Source: Patescibacteria group bacterium (lineage in GTDB: Bacteria; Patescibacteriota; Minisyncoccia; Minisyncoccales; UBA10102). From it: DNA of 64,000 nucleotides. The position numbers and the translations under genes are program-made. The notes below the pieces were generated by a model. It worked only from the letters and a program-made list of their open reading frames with translations, had not been told where the DNA came from and made no database searches. This document shows positions 1 to 8,002 of this stretch, one piece after another. Numbering within the stretch: the stretch's first letter is position 1; each line of letters opens with the position of its first letter. The DNA is taken from NCBI GenBank assembly GCA_022563395.1, contig JADFNM010000001.1:590342-654341 (forward strand). The letters are read 5' to 3'.

Positions 1-139
1 ACGGAGTAATGCCCAAAACAGTAAAGAAATGGGCAAAGAAAGTCCCAGGCGCTTCAGATTTGATTCCTGATAAAGAGCGGTCTAAGAGAAAGACAAGGTG
101 ACAAAATGTTCCGGCAGCCTAAGGCTGGAACCCAAAAGA

Positions 140-163
140 GCCGGGATCTTTCGAGATCCCGGC
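140..163. terminator. Intrinsic-terminator-like hairpin just 3' of pth (possibly bidirectional)
   Basis: Perfect 10-bp stem GCCGGGATCT/AGATCCCGGC with a 4-nt loop, 5 nt beyond the pth stop. A T-rich run follows on the minus strand. Confidence 0.55.
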
Positions 164-167
164 CTTT

Positions 168-728
168 CTATTGTTCCAGTAATTTAAGGATGGCTTGGCT
201 CGCAACGGCAATGCTTGATTTGAGAAGTGCTTTCTCTTCTTGAGAAAAAGGTTTTAAGACAAAAGTCTCAACGTTGCTGGGTTTTCCTTTTGCGGGCTGA
301 ATGCCAACTCGCATTCTGGTAAAGTTCTTTGTTCTTAAAGCTTGGATAACGGAATCAACTCCCTTGTGTCCTGCAGACCCCCTATTTTCAGAAACCTTCA
401 CTTTTCCCAAAGGAATATCAATATCATCATGTATCACGATGAGGTTTTGAATGTTTCCTAAATCTCGTTTAGGAGCTCCTAAACGAGATTTAGGCAAGAG
501 GGATCGCACTGCCTTGCCAGAATTATTCATGAAGGTCTGCGGTTTTGCCAATACTACCTTAGTCTCGTTAAGGATGCCCTCAGAGACCAAAGAAGCATGC
601 TTCTTTGAAAGAGAGAATTCGGGGAAGCCATATTTTTTTTGAAACTCATCCAATACCAAAAAGCCAACGTTGTGACGGGTCTTTGCATACTTCTTTCCTG
701 GGTTTCCCAGTCCTACAATGAGATACAT
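168..728 (-). CDS. pth: Peptidyl-tRNA hydrolase
   Basis: 186 aa. Has N-terminal LIVGLGNPGKKYAKTRHNVGF, then FMNNSGKAV, HDDIDIP and GSAGHKG motifs typical of Pth. Contains an extra segment encoded by the palindrome at 457-494. Confidence 0.93.
   Translation of the reverse strand: MYLIVGLGNPGKKYAKTRHNVGFLVLDEFQKKYGFPEFSLSKKHASLVSEGILNETKVVLAKPQTFMNNSGKAVRSLLPKSRLGAPKRDLGNIQNLIVIHDDIDIPLGKVKVSENRGSAGHKGVDSVIQALRTKNFTRMRVGIQPAKGKPSNVETFVLKPFSQEEKALLKSSIAVASQAILKLLEQ
457..494. repeat. P-family palindrome inserted in-frame inside pth
   Basis: Perfect 38-bp inverted repeat CCTAAATCTCGTTTAGGAG|CTCCTAAACGAGATTTAGG. It shares the TAAACGAGATTTA arm with the intergenic palindromes at 24385, 33165 and 38444. 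It encodes PKSRLGAPKRDLG in pth. Confidence 0.8.
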
Positions 729-747
729 AAAAAATTTAAAGTATTTA

Positions 748-833
748 AATTTTCAGTTTCCCCCGTGTAGGAAATTATTCAAAACCGAGGGTTTTGAAAA
801 GAAGGGGGGTCGGGGGAAACTGTGTGACCGTAT
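748..833. repeat. ~85-bp structured repeat, copy 1 (inverted partner at 57015-57100)
   Basis: Nearly identical to the reverse complement of 57015-57100. The outer stem is CAGTTTCCCCCG/CGGGGGAAACTG and the inner hairpin is CAAAACC-gag-GGTTTTG. Lies in the pth/lepB divergent intergenic region. Confidence 0.8.
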
Positions 834-852
834 ATATAATGTATCATTATTT

Positions 853-890
853 CCTTAGCAAGACTAAGGATTCCTTAATTTCCGTTAAGG
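853..890. repeat. Degenerate P-family twin hairpins
   Basis: Sequence is CCTTAgcaagacTAAGG-att-CCTTAAtttccgTTAAGG. It resembles the CCTTAATTTCATTTAAGG arms found at 15.2, 15.9, 33.3, 38.5 and 47.2 kb. Confidence 0.5.
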
Positions 891-895
891 AGCAC

Positions 896-924
896 TTGAA
901 TTCACCATAATGATACAGTATAAT
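896..924 (+). promoter_or_regulatory. Sigma-70-type promoter of lepB, with a very short leader
   Basis: TTGAAT, 17-nt spacer, TATAAT. The -10 box ends 11 nt before the ATG at 936 and there is no Shine-Dalgarno. Confidence 0.6.
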
Positions 925-935
925 GAGGCACAGCT

Positions 936-1505
936 ATGAATATGAAAGGACTTTTCCAGTTTGGTTTTGAGGTGGCCAAGGTGGTTATCATTGCCCTGGT
1001 TATCGTGGTGCCCCTCCGGGTTTTTGTGTTCCAGCCATTTTTGGTTAGGGGAGATTCCATGGAACCAAACTATCACAGCGGAGACTACCTTATAGTAGAC
1101 CAGCTTTCCTACCGCTTGCGCTCTCCTGAACGGGGCGAGGTTATTGTCTTGAAGTTTCCTTTTGACCTTTCCCAGCGTTTCATTAAGAGAATCGTGGGAC
1201 TGCCAGGAGAGACCGTGGAGGTGAAAGACGGTAAGGTGCTGGTATATGGAGAAGAGGAGGGTCAAAGAGATGCCGTTGTTTTGGATGAATCAATATATCT
1301 TCCTCTTGACCTTACAACCCCGGGTTCTGCGCGCATTGACTTAAAAAAACAAGAATACTTTGTATTGGGAGACAACAGGCCCTTTTCTTCAGATTCCCGG
1401 AAGTGGGGAGTTCTTTCAAAAGAACTCATTGTGGGCAAGGTACTCTTTAACGTCTTTTCTCTGGAGGCTTTTGCAAAAGAGATTGTTCCAAAAGAAGCTT
1501 ACTAA
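936..1505 (+). CDS. lepB: Signal peptidase I
   Basis: 189 aa. Has an N-terminal TM helix plus GDSMEPN, RIVGLPGE and GDNRPFSSDSR motifs (S26 family boxes). Confidence 0.93.
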   Translation: MNMKGLFQFGFEVAKVVIIALVIVVPLRVFVFQPFLVRGDSMEPNYHSGDYLIVDQLSYRLRSPERGEVIVLKFPFDLSQRFIKRIVGLPGETVEVKDGKVLVYGEEEGQRDAVVLDESIYLPLDLTTPGSARIDLKKQEYFVLGDNRPFSSDSRKWGVLSKELIVGKVLFNVFSLEAFAKEIVPKEAY

Positions 1506-1512
1506 ATACTAT

Positions 1513-2853
1513 ATGGCAAGAAGACCAAAGTTTCAGCGCCCGACTGGCATGCGAGACATCCTGCCAGAGGAACAGCCATACTTTGAGAAAATCTACCGCA
1601 CCGTGGACGATATCGCAAGGTTTTATGGCTTTGGGAAAATAGATACCCCCATGGTAGAGGACTTAGAATTGTATGAAAGGGGTACGGGGCAGTCCACCGA
1701 CATCGTGGAAAAACAGATGTATACCATGAAAACCAAAGGGGGAGACGCCTTGGCGATGCGCCCTGAGTTTACCCCGGGAATTGTTCGAGCGTACAATGAG
1801 CACGGCATGCTTAATCTCTCCCAGCCAGTAAAACTCTATACCTTTGGACCCTTGTTTCGGTATGAACACCCTCAGGCAGGAAGGTTTCGCCAGTTCCACC
1901 AGTTTGACTTTGAGGTATTTGGAGAGGAAAGTGCTGCCATTGATGCTCAAGTAATCCAAATCTTCTACGCCATTTTAAGGGAATTGAAATTCAGCCACCT
2001 CATTATTGAGGTAAACTCCATTGGAGACGTCCAGTGCCGTCCCTACTACAAAAAGGTGTTGGTGAACTACTTGCGTCCCCGCCAAAACTCTTTGTGCGCT
2101 GATTGTAGAAGGAGAACGAGAGAAAATCCTCTGAGGGTTCTGGATTGCAAGGAAGAGAAATGCCAGAGAGTAAAGGCCCAAGCTCCCCAGATTTTAGATC
2201 ATCTGTGCGACAACTGCAAGGCGCATTTTAAGTCCCTGTTGGAGTTTTTGGACGAAACCGACCTCCCCTATCATCTAGACCCCTATATGGTTCGAGGATT
2301 GGACTACTATACCAAGACCGTGTTTGAGATTTTTTCTGAGGCAGAAGTGTCTCCCCCGGGGAGATCCTCCGAAGGAGAAGAGCAAAAGGAAGGAGAAGAA
2401 ACGCTTTCTCGAAACGCTCTGGTGGGAGGGGGAAGGTATGACAATTTAGTAAAGCTCTTGGGAGGAAAAGATGTCCCTGCCACGGGGGCTGCTGCCGGTG
2501 TTGAGCGCATTATTACCCTAATGAAGGAAAAGGGATTTCCTGCAGCAGAGATACCCGATCCCAAGGTGTTCCTGGCCCAGCTGGGAGATTTGCCGAAGAA
2601 AAAGAGTTTGAAACTTTTAGAAGAACTGCGCAAAGCAAAGATTTCCATTGCAGAATCTCTTGGGCGGGATTCTTTGAGAACACAGCTTGCACGGGCAGAC
2701 AAGCTTGAGGTTCAATACACCTTGATTTTGGGCCAGCGGGAGGTATTAGACGAAACCATTGTTATTCGAAGGATGGATACGGGCGAGCAGGTGACCGTGA
2801 AAATGGAGAAGATTGTAGATGAATTAAAGAAAAGACTTAAAAAAACCGCATGA
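1513..2853 (+). CDS. hisS: Histidyl-tRNA synthetase
   Basis: The ATG at 1513 (MARRPKFQRPTGMRDILPEE) gives the canonical HisRS N-terminus. Has class II motifs (FRYEHPQAGRFRQFHQ, GGGRYDNL) and a C-terminal anticodon-binding domain. The track ORF start at 1360 overlaps lepB and is rejected. Confidence 0.93.
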   Translation: MARRPKFQRPTGMRDILPEEQPYFEKIYRTVDDIARFYGFGKIDTPMVEDLELYERGTGQSTDIVEKQMYTMKTKGGDALAMRPEFTPGIVRAYNEHGMLNLSQPVKLYTFGPLFRYEHPQAGRFRQFHQFDFEVFGEESAAIDAQVIQIFYAILRELKFSHLIIEVNSIGDVQCRPYYKKVLVNYLRPRQNSLCADCRRRTRENPLRVLDCKEEKCQRVKAQAPQILDHLCDNCKAHFKSLLEFLDETDLPYHLDPYMVRGLDYYTKTVFEIFSEAEVSPPGRSSEGEEQKEGEETLSRNALVGGGRYDNLVKLLGGKDVPATGAAAGVERIITLMKEKGFPAAEIPDPKVFLAQLGDLPKKKSLKLLEELRKAKISIAESLGRDSLRTQLARADKLEVQYTLILGQREVLDETIVIRRMDTGEQVTVKMEKIVDELKKRLKKTA

Positions 2854-3200
2854 ATGCCGTAGAAGATTGTTTATTTTGCAAGATAGCACAAAAAGAGGCA
2901 TCCTCCGACGTTGTCTTTGAGGATGACAAGTTTATTGCGTTCCATGACGTTCATCCACAAGCTCCTCTTCATCTCTTGATTATCCCGAGAAAGCACATTC
3001 ATTCCATTGATCATATTCAGGAAGAAGACAAAGAACTAATGGGAGATTTAATCTTGACCGCCCAAAAGGTCGCACGCCAGCACAACCTTGCCGGATACAA
3101 ACTTCATTTCAACGTTGGCAGGGAAGGAGGACAGGTGATAGACCACATCCATCTTCATTTATTGGCAGGTCTGCCTGCGCAAACAGGTAAGAAACCATGA
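2850..3200 (+). CDS. HIT-family nucleotide hydrolase/transferase
   Basis: 116 aa. Has CLFCKI and the histidine triad HIHLHLL. Its start overlaps the hisS stop by 4 nt. Confidence 0.88.
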   Translation: MNAVEDCLFCKIAQKEASSDVVFEDDKFIAFHDVHPQAPLHLLIIPRKHIHSIDHIQEEDKELMGDLILTAQKVARQHNLAGYKLHFNVGREGGQVIDHIHLHLLAGLPAQTGKKP

Positions 3201-3421
3201 AAAATTCCAAGTTCGAAATTAAAAGACAAGAACGGGAAACTAATCAAGCCCTTATTCGTCGTTTCAGCAGAAGATTGAAAAACAGTGGGATTTTGATAAA
3301 CGCAAAAAAGTCCCAGTTCAGAAAGCGGGTAAAGTCAGCTCAAATGAGAAAACGAGCGGTGTTAAGAAAGCTGGAGATACGAAAAGAGTACGAGAAAAAG
3401 AGAAAATTGGGCGCCGCATAA
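3197..3421 (+). CDS. rpsU: 30S ribosomal protein S21
   Basis: 74 aa and highly basic. ALIRRFSRRLKNSGIL....RKR..EKKRK is an S21-like pattern. Overlaps the HIT gene stop. Confidence 0.75.
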   Translation: MKNSKFEIKRQERETNQALIRRFSRRLKNSGILINAKKSQFRKRVKSAQMRKRAVLRKLEIRKEYEKKRKLGAA

Positions 3422-3458
3422 TGAACCCCGTTAGAAATTAAGACAATGTTTATTATGT

Positions 3459-3953
3459 ATGAAAAGCGAAATTTCTAACGGGGTGGACCTCAAAAAACAA
3501 TTAAAAGAAGACCTGAAAACCTCCCTCAAAGAGGGGGACGAGGTTAGAACTGGCACCTTGAGAATGTTGATGGCTGCCATGGTGAACAAAGAAAAAGAAG
3601 CCCTCAGGCAAGCTCAGGGTAAAGATGAAGAACTTTCAGACGAGGAGATACAGGCAGTGGTGGCAGCTGAGGCAAAAAAGAGAAGGGAGGCAGAAGAAGC
3701 CTTTTTGAAAGGAGGAAGGCCCGAGCTTGCAGAAAAGGAAAAGCAAGAACTCAAGGTTCTTTTAACATACCTCCCAGAGCAACTCACACAAGACCAGATC
3801 AGAACCCTTGCGAAAGAAGCCATTCAAAAGACCGGAGCTGCAAGTATAAAAGACATGGGCAAGGTGATGGGTGAACTTACCCCCCAGATTAAAGGAAAAG
3901 CAGATGGCGCCTTGGTGGCAAATATTGTAAAAGACCTGTTGACTTCAAAATAG
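3459..3953 (+). CDS. GatB/YqeY domain protein
   Basis: 164 aa. Has the LKEDLKTSLKEGDEVRTGTLRMLMAAM.NKE pattern and the C-terminal MGKVMGEL....KADG pattern of the YqeY family. Confidence 0.8.
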   Translation: MKSEISNGVDLKKQLKEDLKTSLKEGDEVRTGTLRMLMAAMVNKEKEALRQAQGKDEELSDEEIQAVVAAEAKKRREAEEAFLKGGRPELAEKEKQELKVLLTYLPEQLTQDQIRTLAKEAIQKTGAASIKDMGKVMGELTPQIKGKADGALVANIVKDLLTSK

Positions 3954-4012
3954 GAGGGGGTACCATGAATAAAAGGCGAGTTTGGAGAATACTACCATTC
4001 TTTAATATAATT

Positions 4013-6472
4013 ATGAGTTTTAAAAAAATAGTCTTTCTCGCAGCGTTTTTTGCTATTTTGAGTGGAGTTTTCGTTGTGAATGTTCACCCCGCAAAAGCAG
4101 TAACAGTGGATGAACTTCAAGCTTTGATTATTCAACTTCAAGCCAAGATAGCTCAACTCCAGCAGCAGCTTACAGGAGCCCCGGGTCAACCGGCAGCTTT
4201 TTGTTATGATTTTAATATTAATCTTGGTTTTGCTCAGAGCACCACTGCCGCCGTAAAAGCGCTTCACACAGCGCTTCAGAAGCAAGGATTTAGTGCTGGA
4301 AGCGATATTACTACGGGCGTATTTACAGAGAACACCGCTTCTGCAGTTGTTGGATTTCAACAGAAATACAAAGCAGACGTGCTCGCTCCCCATGGACTAC
4401 AATTTGGAACCGGGTTTGTAGGAACAACCACACGGGCGAAGTTGAACGAGTTGTATGGATGTAAAGGTATAACGCCTCCACCCACTGAAAAACCAGAAGA
4501 AACACCAGTAGAAATTCCAGAAAAACCTCTTTGGGATTGGGCTTACTGTACTGCAGCGAGCCAATGTACCGTTGAGCAGGGTGATTGCGATACCGATGCT
4601 GACTGCGCTGCAGGTTTGTACTGCGCCCAGAATGTGGGAGTAAAATATGGCCAAGTTAGCTCCATGGACGTTTGTGAAGTGAAATCAGAAAAATCCATCA
4701 CCGTTCTTTCTCCAAATGGATGGGAAATCTGGCAGATTGGAGCGACTTATACAATTCAATGGAGCGCAACGGGATATCCTTCATATACAGCAGTTCAAAT
4801 AGGGTTGCGGGATAATAGATACAGTACAGAGCTGGGAAGCGGAGAAGCGGTTATTGTTAACACTACTAATACGGGCAGTTACAGTTTTACCGTTCCAGCC
4901 TCGTTGGGAGCATTATCTGGAGGTTTATTGGGGGGTACAAATGTCTATTCAGCTATTATATATGTTGATGGAGGGGGTCCAGGAAAATCTGATACAAGCA
5001 ATGCACCATTCAGCATTGTTTCGGCAACGACTGCAACTCCTTCTCTCATCATTACTTCTCCTGGCATCGGAGAAACATGGGTTGGAGGATCACAGCAGAC
5101 GATTCGATGGCAAACTTCTGGAATTTCTTCTCAAGGGAACATTAACGTGATTGAGCTTTACAATATCGGAACGGATCAAGCATGGGCCCTAAAATACAAT
5201 ACCCCAAACGATGGGAGTGAAGTAGTCACTGTTCCAATCTTTGAAAAACCGGCAGATCTTCTTATGCAGATAGATGTTACCGTGAGCGGTATAAGCGAAG
5301 TTTTTCGCACCAGATACACCGTGCGTATAAACCCTCCTTCTACCCCCTTCATCACCGTCTCTTCTCTTAATCCAAACGGTGAAACCCTGGAAAAGGGGAC
5401 CACGAGGTATATAAATTTGAAGTTTTCGCCTTCTGTGCCGCTCGGCGGATTTGTCATCAATTTGCTTCGTTCAGACATAGACGTGGCAGTTGCAGTTCTT
5501 AAGTTTTGTGGGACCGCAAGTGATTATATTGCAGATAATGTCGTTCCACCCAATGTAAGCTGGCAGTGGAAAGTTGGGTATGCTGCAGATGGGAAGGAAA
5601 TCCCCACCGGTTCATACAGAGTTTTTGTGTATGACTGTGGGAGCAAGATTGACAATGTTTGGACTGGAAGTGTTGCCCATACAAAAAGCAATGTATTCAG
5701 CATTGTTTCGGCAACAACTACAACTCCTTCCGTTACCGTTCTTTCTCCCAACGGAGGGGAAAGCTGGAAAGTCGGCGAGATCAGAAGAATATCCTGGATT
5801 GCCAGTGGTGTGAATTATGTCAGAATCTATATTGAAGATGATACCATTACTGGTTCTGGTTCAACCAACTATACTTACGACGGAGTCATTTCTGCTGTCC
5901 AAGGATATTACGATTGGACAATTGTCCAAAACCAATTACCAGGAGGCAGCACTCTGCCAAGAAATTACAAGATAAGAGTAGATGGTGTTAATACTGTAGC
6001 AGTGGGGGCAGATGTGGTTGCAAGAGATTGGAGCAATAATACCTTCAGCATTGTTTCACTGTCCATCACATCATTCAACTACACAGAAACCGATGCTTAT
6101 GGTGGATCAATACAATTCTCCTGGACAAGCGCTGGGGCCGATGGTGTTGAGTTGCAAATAGCTTGCCATTCAGGGCTTACTAGCACCGATGCTATTACCG
6201 GAGCAAACTTCTTTTGTGGTGATATTGATAGAAGTCTCGCGCCAAACAGTTCTACATATCTAAAGTTTACCAACACTTCTGGTGCCTTAATTAATGTTAC
6301 AGCTACTTTAACTCCGGTTATTGGAAACATTGGTTACGGTACTTATTCTAAAACCCTTAACTTCAGCATAGTTTCGGGATTAGGACTAGAAAATATAGAA
6401 AATCAGTTAGCTTCTATTTCTGATGCTGCTGCGAATCTCCTTTTTGAGATAAAGAAACTGTTGGGAAAGTAG
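4013..6472 (+). CDS. Large secreted/anchored surface protein (coiled coil, PG-binding-like domain, Cys-rich module, tandem beta-sandwich repeats)
   Basis: The ATG at 4013 gives MSFKKIVFLAAFFAILSG, a signal/TM sequence. Has coiled coil VDELQALIIQLQAKIAQLQQQL and a PG_binding_1-like segment (AVKALHTALQKQGF...VVGFQQKY...GTGFVGTTTRAKLNELYG). The repeat (F)SIVSATTxTPS-[IV]T[VS]LSPNGGExW...I.W occurs 3-4 times. Confidence 0.8.
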   Translation: MSFKKIVFLAAFFAILSGVFVVNVHPAKAVTVDELQALIIQLQAKIAQLQQQLTGAPGQPAAFCYDFNINLGFAQSTTAAVKALHTALQKQGFSAGSDITTGVFTENTASAVVGFQQKYKADVLAPHGLQFGTGFVGTTTRAKLNELYGCKGITPPPTEKPEETPVEIPEKPLWDWAYCTAASQCTVEQGDCDTDADCAAGLYCAQNVGVKYGQVSSMDVCEVKSEKSITVLSPNGWEIWQIGATYTIQWSATGYPSYTAVQIGLRDNRYSTELGSGEAVIVNTTNTGSYSFTVPASLGALSGGLLGGTNVYSAIIYVDGGGPGKSDTSNAPFSIVSATTATPSLIITSPGIGETWVGGSQQTIRWQTSGISSQGNINVIELYNIGTDQAWALKYNTPNDGSEVVTVPIFEKPADLLMQIDVTVSGISEVFRTRYTVRINPPSTPFITVSSLNPNGETLEKGTTRYINLKFSPSVPLGGFVINLLRSDIDVAVAVLKFCGTASDYIADNVVPPNVSWQWKVGYAADGKEIPTGSYRVFVYDCGSKIDNVWTGSVAHTKSNVFSIVSATTTTPSVTVLSPNGGESWKVGEIRRISWIASGVNYVRIYIEDDTITGSGSTNYTYDGVISAVQGYYDWTIVQNQLPGGSTLPRNYKIRVDGVNTVAVGADVVARDWSNNTFSIVSLSITSFNYTETDAYGGSIQFSWTSAGADGVELQIACHSGLTSTDAITGANFFCGDIDRSLAPNSSTYLKFTNTSGALINVTATLTPVIGNIGYGTYSKTLNFSIVSGLGLENIENQLASISDAAANLLFEIKKLLGK

Positions 6473-6483
6473 AATCTATATTT

Positions 6484-6948
6484 GTGGAAGAGCCACGATT
6501 TTTTAACAAGAGCGCATGGAAAGGCGTTGCCATAGCCATTATTGCAGTGGTGGCAGGGCAGCTTGTGCTTGCCTGGCAGTACTATCGCTTGGAAGAAAAG
6601 CGCCTGCCTTTAATTGAACAGCAGTTAGCCGAGCAAAAGGAAGAGATTGAAAGACAGTCTGCAAAGACAACCATCACGTCTTTTCTTAATGCATTAGAAG
6701 AAGGAAACTCAAAGCTTGCTCTTCGCTTTCTCACAGAAAACGCAGTGGTGCAAGAACAGCAAGGCGTCTTTTCTTTAAAAGAGCGCATCTTGGGTTACAA
6801 GGTAGTAAAACTGGAGCAGGTGGGTACAAACGAGTTCAGGGCGCAGGTGGAGATTGAGAACGCGGCATTGCTCCCGCAGGTTCGGCTCTTGCGTGTTCTC
6901 AAGGTGCTCGACACCTATTACATAGATTCTGTAGAGATAGCCGGCTGA
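6484..6948 (+). CDS. Hypothetical membrane-anchored protein
   Basis: 154 aa with one N-terminal TM helix (GVAIAIIAVVAGQLVLAW). No motif recognised. The 3' end overlaps the convergent capA-like gene. Confidence 0.55.
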   Translation: MEEPRFFNKSAWKGVAIAIIAVVAGQLVLAWQYYRLEEKRLPLIEQQLAEQKEEIERQSAKTTITSFLNALEEGNSKLALRFLTENAVVQEQQGVFSLKERILGYKVVKLEQVGTNEFRAQVEIENAALLPQVRLLRVLKVLDTYYIDSVEIAG

Positions 6949-7919
6949 AACTCAGAAGAGATTTCTATCATAAGAGGCATAACTTGGGTTATGCTGTTTT
7001 CGTGCAGAAGAACTTTGAGTATCATTCCTTCCATGGTTTCTTTTGAAAAGCCCTGGTCAAACACAAAGTTTCCCAGGCTGTAGACAATCCACCCCTGCTT
7101 GTAGCGTTCTATGGGTTGTATGACATGGGGATGGTGGCCAATAACAAGGTTGGCGCCAGCATCAATCGCGGTCCTGGAAAGAAGCTGCTGCACGGCGTTT
7201 GGCTTTGTTTGATACTCTTCTCCAAAATGAAAAGAAACAACAACAATATCTGCCTGCTGTTTTGTTTTCTTGATGTTTAGCTTGAGTTGTTCAAGCAAAG
7301 AGGAATCTATCCATGCAATACCAGGAGTCTTTTCTCCGGCCTGCCAGAAAGGGGAGCCAAGAGCGGTGTAGGCAAGAATTCCAACGGTTGTGCCTCCCGC
7401 GTCATAGAGAACAGGAGCCCTGGCTTCCCTCTCCGAGTTCCCTGCACCCACAGGAGTAATCCCGGCTTGCTGTAGCCGTTCTCCAGAGTCCAGCAGCGCT
7501 TCAATGCCGTAGTCCAAGCTGTGGTTGTTTGCGACAGAAACAACATCGATGCCAGCAAACACTAATCCTTCCAGAGTTCTTGGATCTGCCCTGAAAGAAT
7601 AGATACTTCCTTGTTTTTCTCCTTTATCTGAAATGATGCTTTCCAGATTTGCAAAGACAAGGTCTGCGCCTTTTAAGTAATTACCTATCTTTAAGAAGGG
7701 CCATTTCCAGTCCTGGTGTTCTTTTATGTAAAACTCTACGCCTCGGTCCAGCATAATATCCCCAACAAAAAGCAGGGTTATTTGTTCTTTGTTTGTTTCT
7801 TGCGTTAGTAGGGGAGGAACCAAAGAGGCTTGAAACTTGTCTTGCCAAAAGAGAAAGGAGCCCCCCAGGATTGAGGCGTAGAAAACAGCCATAAAGAGGA
7901 TGAGGAGAAAACGATTCAT
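6918..7919 (-). CDS. CapA/PGA-synthesis family metallophosphatase-like protein
   Basis: 333 aa with an N-terminal TM helix. Has LLFVGDIMLDRG, ANLES, VANNHSLDYG and GHHPHVIQP motifs of the CapA (PGA_cap) family. Confidence 0.82.
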   Translation of the reverse strand: MNRFLLILFMAVFYASILGGSFLFWQDKFQASLVPPLLTQETNKEQITLLFVGDIMLDRGVEFYIKEHQDWKWPFLKIGNYLKGADLVFANLESIISDKGEKQGSIYSFRADPRTLEGLVFAGIDVVSVANNHSLDYGIEALLDSGERLQQAGITPVGAGNSEREARAPVLYDAGGTTVGILAYTALGSPFWQAGEKTPGIAWIDSSLLEQLKLNIKKTKQQADIVVVSFHFGEEYQTKPNAVQQLLSRTAIDAGANLVIGHHPHVIQPIERYKQGWIVYSLGNFVFDQGFSKETMEGMILKVLLHENSITQVMPLMIEISSEFQPAISTESM

Positions 7920-8002
7920 TGTTTCTTAGAATAGCTAAATTGAATAGAAAAGAGAAAAAGAGGCTGCATGGGAAAAATAGTCCCTATTTTATCCCAATTT
8001 TC

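Noticed and set aside
1-101. Possible 3' end of a + strand gene (…PKTVKKWAKKVPGASDLIPDKERSKRKTR-stop)
   Set aside because: Only 33 codons are visible and there is no recognisable motif. It is plausible because a terminator hairpin follows, but it cannot be supported as a feature.
1360-1512. N-terminal extensions of track ORFs (hisS from 1360; also 26544, 27380, 3965, 18242, 55704, 58407)
   Set aside because: The extensions overlap the preceding gene or run through junction repeats. Internal ATGs give family-typical N-termini or signal peptides, and often sit at 1-4-nt overlaps with the upstream stop.
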